From an uncultured bacterium (GTDB lineage Bacteria > Patescibacteriota > Saccharimonadia > UBA4664 > SCTI01), in assembly GCA_963721685.1 (NCBI GenBank), contig CAVRJJ010000001.1, positions 68,555 to 132,554 of the forward strand: a stretch of 64,000 bases of DNA, read 5' to 3'. This document shows, piece after piece, positions 58,143 through 64,000 of this stretch. The notes beneath the pieces are model-generated. The model searched no databases. It had not been told where the DNA came from and saw nothing but the letters and a program-made list of their open reading frames with translations. Position numbers and translations under genes: made by a program. Every line of letters begins with the position of its first letter. Position 1 is the stretch's first letter.

Positions 58143-59495
58143 CTAATAAGCACTAACGGTTTTTTCGTAGAGTGTGGGGAGTAAGTCGTGAGGGTCGTAT
58201 TTCTTCTTAAGCTTGCGGTATACCGTGCCGTTATAGATACGCGTAAATTCTGCTTCGGTTATGAAGGTGGAAGAGTAAAGCATTTTTATGCCGTCATGGG
58301 CAAAAGTAAAAGTATCCATAAGTTTGGTGTGGTAATACTCCGGCTTATCATGCCGCTTACGTACGAAACTATAACTTCCCAAATTAAGGTAAGGTTGGTT
58401 CTTGGCTAAGGGATAGGATGTAGCTAGCCCAGGCGTTTTAACCGGTGCCGCCATCAGGGGCCGGCCCGCCAGATCCAGATTTTCAAGAGCATAGCTGAAA
58501 AGTGCTTCGGCGTGTTTCCAAGGTACCTCCCAGTCTTGAATTAACAGCTCCAGATCTTCATCTTGAGCGGAAATAAAAGGGAGCTTGGCGGCTAGCTTAG
58601 CTTGCAGGGCCGCGTAGCGCGCGTAAAAACCGGAGCTGCGCATGAGTTTCGGGGCAAGTCTACGGAACAGGTTGTAGGATCCCGTGTCCGGCATTGCCCA
58701 AAACCATTCCGGGTCATAACGAAACAAATAGTCTTTAACGTTAAGCGAAAAAACACCAGGCCGACTTATTTCATGGTAGAAGATTGTTGGGCCATAGATA
58801 CTTTTAAGGTTTTGAGGTTGGTCGGTGTGGCGTTCGGTTGTAAGGTAGAGCTCATCCTCGGAATATACCAAGCTTTCCAGATAATCATTTTTGCTACCGC
58901 GCAACTCATGTTCCATGGCTGCCACAAGCTCAGGCACATTCTTGTAGCGCTTGGTGGTAAGCGTTACGTAGGGCTTAACTTGGTGCAGTTTAATTTTGGC
59001 ACGCAAAATATAGCCGAGCGTGCCATACGAGTTAGGGAGGGCGTGAAACAGGTCCGCGTATTTCCCTCGGGGCCCGCACACGACCACTTCACCATGCGGC
59101 AGGAGCACTTCAGCTTCAACTACATTGTCATGTACAAACCCGTGGCGAAAGCTATTGGTTTCAATGCCAATACCGACTGTGGCACCCCCTACGGTAATAT
59201 TTTTAAGTTCTGGCGTAATAATTGGTGTTAAACCATGGGGCAATACAAAATTAACGACATCTTCAAAGGTGGTTAACCCCTGAACGTCCAGCGTTTGGTT
59301 TATAAGGTCGATGAAGAGCGGCTGATTAAAATGCCTAAGGTCAATTAAACGGCTCGCGGTTTCCTTCCGTCCGTCATAGCGGAATAGGTTGGATATAGTT
59401 TTCTTTTTTACGCGTAAAGGCTGCTTATTGCCTCGCAGCTCCGCCTTTAGAAAAACAACTTGCTTGGCGTGACGAGGTCGTCGGTCAATTGGCAT
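58143..59495 (-). CDS. FAD-binding oxidoreductase (DIMINUTO/DWF1-like FAD-linked oxidase)
   Basis: FAD-binding PCMH-like N-terminus (NITVGGATVGIGIETNSFRHG), about 450 aa. Confidence 0.6.
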   Translation of the reverse strand: MPIDRRPRHAKQVVFLKAELRGNKQPLRVKKKTISNLFRYDGRKETASRLIDLRHFNQPLFIDLINQTLDVQGLTTFEDVVNFVLPHGLTPIITPELKNITVGGATVGIGIETNSFRHGFVHDNVVEAEVLLPHGEVVVCGPRGKYADLFHALPNSYGTLGYILRAKIKLHQVKPYVTLTTKRYKNVPELVAAMEHELRGSKNDYLESLVYSEDELYLTTERHTDQPQNLKSIYGPTIFYHEISRPGVFSLNVKDYLFRYDPEWFWAMPDTGSYNLFRRLAPKLMRSSGFYARYAALQAKLAAKLPFISAQDEDLELLIQDWEVPWKHAEALFSYALENLDLAGRPLMAAPVKTPGLATSYPLAKNQPYLNLGSYSFVRKRHDKPEYYHTKLMDTFTFAHDGIKMLYSSTFITEAEFTRIYNGTVYRKLKKKYDPHDLLPTLYEKTVSAY

Positions 59496-59500
59496 AGTGG

Positions 59501-60370
59501 TTACTGCCTTCCTAGCAGCCCATTCCAGTCGGCCTCAAACTTAAGAAGCCCCTGGTCGGTGAGGTCGTGCTGGATATTATAAGATTGCCAGTCTTGGTTA
59601 AGCGGAACCTCGGCATAGCTAAGGGGGGTCAGGCTGTCTGTATTATAGCTGTAGTCGCCGGGCGGGACCGGCATGCCATCGGCCGCCCACTCTAAGAGCA
59701 AGTTGGCGGGGGCGGTAATAATATCGCAGTTTCGCGAGAGGCACCATTGCAAGTGCTCTTTGGAACGGATGCTGGCTGCTAAGACCATAACATGGCCGTC
59801 ACCTTCGGAATACATGCGTTGGATATTAGCGATAGTGTCAATGCCGCGCTCTCCACGGTCATCAAAACGTCCGACAAAAGGTGAAACAAAAACATTGCCG
59901 CGCTGAGCATTCTTGGTAGCTACGTAGACGGCGGCGGCCTGAAGTTGGCTAAAGCATAGCGTCATATTTACGCGTCCGCCTTCAGCAGTAAACGTTTCAG
60001 CCGCTGCCAGGCCGGCCGCGACGGTCGGAAATTTTATGTGGGCATTGCCAATCCAAGCGTTCATTTCATGGGCCTGAGCTAGCATCTCTTCGGTAGTAGT
60101 GTGGCTGTCGGCGGTAACTTCAATTGAAATGGATCCGTCTGGAATAAGCTTTGAAGCGGTTTCAACAATACCGCGGTAGAAGTCACGAATTTCTTCAACC
60201 TCAAAAAGCTGGCCACGAGACAAGCGCTCTAGCACGGAGGGATTTTTGGCGATTAGCGAGGGGTTGGTGGTTTGGCCGTCAAGCCAGCCCAGCGCCTCCA
60301 CTACGGCTTTTGTTTCGGCCGCGTCGCCGCCGTCGAGAAATATTTTGGTTTGAAGGTTTTTCGGCTTCAT
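59501..60370 (-). CDS. tal: Transaldolase
   Basis: KIFLDGGDAAE...GQTTNPSLIAKN are transaldolase motifs (Lys Schiff base further in). The start is taken at MKPKN; the longer upstream extension is not protein-like. Confidence 0.75.
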   Translation of the reverse strand: MKPKNLQTKIFLDGGDAAETKAVVEALGWLDGQTTNPSLIAKNPSVLERLSRGQLFEVEEIRDFYRGIVETASKLIPDGSISIEVTADSHTTTEEMLAQAHEMNAWIGNAHIKFPTVAAGLAAAETFTAEGGRVNMTLCFSQLQAAAVYVATKNAQRGNVFVSPFVGRFDDRGERGIDTIANIQRMYSEGDGHVMVLAASIRSKEHLQWCLSRNCDIITAPANLLLEWAADGMPVPPGDYSYNTDSLTPLSYAEVPLNQDWQSYNIQHDLTDQGLLKFEADWNGLLGRQ

Positions 60371-60451
60371 ATGTTTACAAGTATACACACCGGGCATGGA
60401 CGTTTTGGCGGTACTGCTTTTTTTGATCACCTCTGTTACAATACCGTGGAT

Positions 60452-61732
60452 ATGAAAGCCGAAGTCACAAAACGTACCGATACACATGTCACTTTTTCGA
60501 TTCTTGCTGATGCTGATGAGTTGCAGCATGCCAAAGAGCATTCCTACGACAAATATCGCCCTCAGGTAAAAGTTGCCGGTTTTCGCCCGGGCAAAGCTCC
60601 CGACAGCATCGTGGCCCGGGAAATCGGTGATGCCACCATTCAGCACGAAGCGCTTGAGCACGCCATCGGGCATAGTTATTCCGCCGCGATAACCCAGGAA
60701 AAAGTAACCGTTATCGCGCCACCGGATGTCCAGGTTAAAAAATTTGTACCGTACACCGAACTCGAGTACGAGGCAACCGTTGAAATAGTGCCGCCGGTTA
60801 CCTTGCCGGATTACAAAAAAATAAAAAAACCAGCCAAAAAGGTGACGGTAGATGAAAAGAAGGTTGATGAGATGGTTGAAGACCTTCGCCTGCGGGCGGC
60901 AAAGCGGATTCCCGTCGCGCGCGCGGCCGGGATGGGTGATGAGGTGAAGTTTGATTATGACGGGAAGCGTGACGGTAAAGCGGTTGCGGGGGCGGCCGGG
61001 AAGAATTACACCCTAAAGCTGGGGTCGGGCAATTTTATCCCGGGATTTGAAGAAGAGATGGTTGGCCTGAAGTCTGGAGACGAAAAAACCTTTACCATAA
61101 CGTTCCCCAAGCAATACCATGAAAAAAGCTTGGCTGGCCAGCCGGTTGTTTTTACCGTTAAAATGCATGAGGTGACAGAACTAGTTTTGCCTGATGCTGA
61201 TAATAAGTTCGCGGTTGAAATGGGACCGTTTAAGACGCTCGAAGACCTGCGCGTCGATCTTAAAAACCAGCTTACATTGGAAGCTGAAGAGGCTGCTAAG
61301 CGTGAGTATGAGAACGAACTGCTTGATGAATTGATTGTTAAAAGCAAGATGACGGTGCCGGAGCGCCTGGTTACCCAGCAGCTTGAGCGGATGAGAGCGG
61401 AAATCAGCCAACGGCTAGCTGCCAATGGCTTAACCCTGGAGCATTATCTGTCCGCGCAAAAGCAAACGCCGGAAGAGTTGGAAAAACAAATGCGCCCTGA
61501 AGCTGAAAAACGGGTTAAGTTAGCCCTGGTCTTAAGTGAAATTGCCCGCCAGGAAAAAATGAGTGTTGGTTCAGACGAAATTGACCGTGAAATTGAAAGT
61601 TTGCGGCTTCAGTACACCGACCCGAAAATGCAGGCGGAGCTCGATGGCGACCAAATTAAGGAAGATGTTTATAATCATTTGATGGCCGGCAAGGTGATTC
61701 GTAGCTTAACGGTTTCTGCCCAGGCCAAATAA
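60452..61732 (+). CDS. tig: Trigger factor
   Basis: N-terminal ribosome-binding domain (AGFRPGKAP), FKBP-like PPIase (GDEVKFDYDGK...FIPGFEEEMVGLKSGDEKTF) and a C-terminal arm domain. Confidence 0.9.
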   Translation: MKAEVTKRTDTHVTFSILADADELQHAKEHSYDKYRPQVKVAGFRPGKAPDSIVAREIGDATIQHEALEHAIGHSYSAAITQEKVTVIAPPDVQVKKFVPYTELEYEATVEIVPPVTLPDYKKIKKPAKKVTVDEKKVDEMVEDLRLRAAKRIPVARAAGMGDEVKFDYDGKRDGKAVAGAAGKNYTLKLGSGNFIPGFEEEMVGLKSGDEKTFTITFPKQYHEKSLAGQPVVFTVKMHEVTELVLPDADNKFAVEMGPFKTLEDLRVDLKNQLTLEAEEAAKREYENELLDELIVKSKMTVPERLVTQQLERMRAEISQRLAANGLTLEHYLSAQKQTPEELEKQMRPEAEKRVKLALVLSEIARQEKMSVGSDEIDREIESLRLQYTDPKMQAELDGDQIKEDVYNHLMAGKVIRSLTVSAQAK

Positions 61733-61821
61733 AGGCCAGAGCCAAGATATTTCAGCCGCTGGCACTCTAGACATGCGACTGCCAATTTAGTATGATAAGA
61801 AACCTAAGCCAAGGAGCGTTT

Positions 61822-62415
61822 ATGTCTACCAAAAACCAAATCTTGATCCCGACGGTGTTAGAAAAGACAGTCCATGGCGAACGGGCCTATGACATTTATT
61901 CAAGGTTGCTCAAGGAGCGCATCTTGTTTATTGGTACGCCAATCGATGACAATGTTGCCAACCTAACGATTGCCCAACTGCTATTCTTGCAAAGCGAAGA
62001 CCCTAAAAAAGACATTCAAATGTATATTAATTCACCTGGCGGCAGCGTCAGTGCCGGACTCGCGATTTATGACACGATGCGCCATATCAAGCCGGATGTT
62101 TCAACCATTGTGATGGGGCTTGCCGCCTCCTTTGCCGCTTTGCTAAGTACGGCCGGGGCTAAAGGAAAACGTTTTGCGCTTCCCAACGCCCAAATGATGA
62201 TCCACCAACCATGGAGCGAAGGCGTGGGCGGACAGGCTACCGATATTGATATCCGGGCACGCGAAATACTGAAAACGCGTGACCGTTTAAACAAAATTTT
62301 AGCTGACCACACCGGTCAAAAAGTCGATCAGATTGCCAAAGATACGGAGCGTGATCACTACATGACCGCTGGAGAGGCTAAAGCTTATGGTTTGATTGAC
62401 GAGATTATTACGTAG
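61822..62415 (+). CDS. clpP: ATP-dependent Clp protease proteolytic subunit ClpP
   Basis: Catalytic Ser in GLAASFAA, His in MIHQP and a downstream Asp. SD AAGGAG 5 nt upstream of the ATG at 61822. Confidence 0.9.
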   Translation: MSTKNQILIPTVLEKTVHGERAYDIYSRLLKERILFIGTPIDDNVANLTIAQLLFLQSEDPKKDIQMYINSPGGSVSAGLAIYDTMRHIKPDVSTIVMGLAASFAALLSTAGAKGKRFALPNAQMMIHQPWSEGVGGQATDIDIRAREILKTRDRLNKILADHTGQKVDQIAKDTERDHYMTAGEAKAYGLIDEIIT

Positions 62416-62457
62416 AGTTTTGTCTCGGTTGATAGCGAATAGGCTATAATTAACTCC

Positions 62458-64000
62458 ATGGTGTCCCGGGTTCGTCCCAAAGTTTTAATAATGACAGCCT
62501 CAGCTGGCGGCGGCCATGTGGCAGCGGCAAAGGCATTACAGGCAGGATTTAAACAAGTTTATGGCTCTGCTTATCAGGTAGAGGTGTGTGATGTGTTTAC
62601 CGATCCGCGCTTAAAACTGCTCGTTCCTATTGATAAGATTGCCCTGCCAGCCTATTCAAATAGCGTAAAGATATTCCGCTCATACCCGTATAAGCTTTTT
62701 TATAACTTCTCCAACGCTACACCCGGACTTATGAACCGCTTTTTTTCTTCGGTGTTCCGTGACCGCGTGCGAGCCTTCCTGCAAGAGGTGGATCCCGATG
62801 TCATTATTTCAACCTATCCAATTATCAGCTATGCAACCGGCCGCATACTGGCGGAGGGATGGCCTAAAGCCGTACCGATTGTGAGCCTGGTAACCGACTC
62901 GGGGGACGTCCATCGGCTGTGGCTGGGCGGAGCGGACGAGGCCATACTGGTTTCAACCCGTGACAGTATCCAGTTCGCGGTAGATAATGGCGTGGCGCGG
63001 GACAAACTGTACTTTTTGGGGTTTCCGGTAGACGCCGCCTACAGCAACCTACCCTCTAAAATGACTGCCCGTCAGAAACTGGGGTTGGATCCTGAAAAGC
63101 TGACATTTGTATTAAGCGGCGGCGGTTTAGGCTTGTCCACCAATTTATACCAACTGGCAAAGCTGTTAAGCCACAAAACGCTGGATGCCCAGTTTATATT
63201 TGTAGCGGGCCAAAATAAAGATTTGTTTGAGAGGATAAAAGCTCTTCAGTATGCCAGTCCAACCAAAGTGTTTGGCTATGTGCGGAATATGCCCGATTTG
63301 GTCGCGGCGGCTGATGTTATGGTTGGCAAGGCAGGCTGGATCACTTTAAACGAGTCAATGATAGCCGCCAAGCCAACTATTATTATCGATATTATTAAAG
63401 GGCAGGAAGAGTCTAACGCGGCCTTTGTAGAGCGTCACGGCATTGGCATTACTTGTTTAAAGCCTTCATTGGCCTATCGCGCCATAACGAATTTAATAAA
63501 GCAGCCTGATCAGGTAAAAGTGTATCGCCAGCGCCTACTTAAGCTTAAGTTGGAACCTCAAGCCAGCCAGACCATTCCGCGGTTTGTGGTTGAACGTTTT
63601 ATTGAGGAGTATCCTAAAGCGGTTTACCATGACCTTAAAATTCAAGGCCGGCGGGTAAATTACGCGGTGCTTAATCCTAAAGCCCAGCAAACAGTGGTTA
63701 TGGTTCACGGCATGCGCGGCAATAACCGCGGATTATTAAAGCTTGCCCAGCAATTCGATAAGCGGCGGGTGATTATACCGGACTTGCCGGGCTACGGAGC
63801 ATCCCAACCGTTGCCGGTGGCCCATAGCCTTAATAATTACGCGGACTTTTTAGAAGAATTCTGCGCGACGCTTAAGCTCAATTCAATTGACTTGGTCGGC
63901 CATTCATTTGGCGCCGGCGTGTGTTTAGTAGCTGCGGCAAAACGTCCAAGCTATTTACGGAGCTTGACCTTAATCACACCGGTTCAAATATCCGAACACT
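62458..64000 (+). CDS. Fusion protein: MGDG-synthase-like (GT28) glycosyltransferase N-terminal and alpha/beta hydrolase C-terminal (3' end outside window)
   Basis: A single open frame with no stop from 62458 to the window end. N-terminal KVLIMTASAGGGH (GT28/MurG-like), then GT-B C-terminal domain motifs. From about 63600 on: VVMVHGMRGNNRG...IPDLPGYGAS...DLVGHSFGAG (nucleophile elbow). Confidence 0.6.
   Translation, partial: MVSRVRPKVLIMTASAGGGHVAAAKALQAGFKQVYGSAYQVEVCDVFTDPRLKLLVPIDKIALPAYSNSVKIFRSYPYKLFYNFSNATPGLMNRFFSSVFRDRVRAFLQEVDPDVIISTYPIISYATGRILAEGWPKAVPIVSLVTDSGDVHRLWLGGADEAILVSTRDSIQFAVDNGVARDKLYFLGFPVDAAYSNLPSKMTARQKLGLDPEKLTFVLSGGGLGLSTNLYQLAKLLSHKTLDAQFIFVAGQNKDLFERIKALQYASPTKVFGYVRNMPDLVAAADVMVGKAGWITLNESMIAAKPTIIIDIIKGQEESNAAFVERHGIGITCLKPSLAYRAITNLIKQPDQVKVYRQRLLKLKLEPQASQTIPRFVVERFIEEYPKAVYHDLKIQGRRVNYAVLNPKAQQTVVMVHGMRGNNRGLLKLAQQFDKRRVIIPDLPGYGASQPLPVAHSLNNYADFLEEFCATLKLNSIDLVGHSFGAGVCLVAAAKRPSYLRSLTLITPVQISEH

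Noticed and set aside
59501-60673. Full 390-aa minus-strand ORF for transaldolase
   Set aside because: The first 100 codons are non-homologous and overlap the tig upstream region. The conserved transaldolase N-terminus (KIFLDGGD) begins right after the Met at 60370.

Overview
This is a 64 kb bacterial chromosomal window of about 45-50% GC (estimated by eye), almost entirely coding, mostly on the + strand, with many 4-nt start/stop overlaps. Gene content and the compact layout fit a small-genome Gram-positive-like bacterium, possibly a Patescibacteria/Saccharibacteria-type; this is inference from gene content only, with no rRNA in the window to check. The core genes read: a histidine kinase 3' end and two stand-alone receiver domains, SecG, a peptide-type ABC substrate-binding protein, nadD, purF, ligA, gatC-gatA-(2 extra genes)-gatB, dnaE, rplS, rnhB-yraN, pepF, nusA, clpC, a TerC-like gene, radA-PIN/TRAM, PBP1A (minus strand), tyrS, recG, rsmD, an rlpA-like gene, transaldolase (minus strand), tig-clpP, and an MGDG-synthase-like glycosyltransferase fused to an alpha/beta hydrolase that runs off the window end. 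There are nine tRNA genes: Leu(CAG), a Leu(GAG)-Val(TAC)-Phe(GAA)-Gly(GCC) cluster, a Cys(GCA)-Leu(TAA) pair and Leu(TAG).

Two things are not explained by ordinary core-genome organisation.

1. Four short islets of about 0.3-0.7 kb with markedly higher GC (about 60-65% by eye) sit between housekeeping genes: one upstream of dnaE, one between a J-domain gene and rplS, one between pepF and nusA, and one between the rlpA-like gene and the FAD oxidase. Each carries one or two small ORFs with good Shine-Dalgarno sequences. These include a coupled pair of 46-aa and 42-aa transmembrane peptides and a 100-aa two-helix membrane protein. Two of the islets share the 10-mer CGAAAGTAGG at their ribosome-binding sites. 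They look like horizontally acquired small genes, plausibly from a high-GC donor such as Actinobacteria.

2. A low-GC accessory segment of about 9 kb (10.8-20.1 kb) is bounded by the two tRNA clusters. It contains decayed genes, namely an APC-permease N-terminal fragment with an in-frame TAG and a 5'-truncated uvrA-like fragment. It also contains a repeated intergenic element of about 50 nt in two copies, a recurrent ATCTGTTAA motif, and a 596-aa type-I membrane surface protein with a polyproline stalk of more than 50 residues (encoded partly by 21-bp tandem repeats) plus an FN3 domain.

Smaller observations: nadD appears to initiate at CTG overlapping the upstream stop; the gatCAB operon carries an inserted membrane-anchored protein with an Rx4H motif plus a histidine phosphatase; L19 has an acidic tail of about 95 aa; a four-helix-bundle gene sits between lemA and htpX.

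No CRISPR array, integrase, transposase or rRNA was seen. All protein-family calls are my own motif recognition; none were confirmed by a database search.
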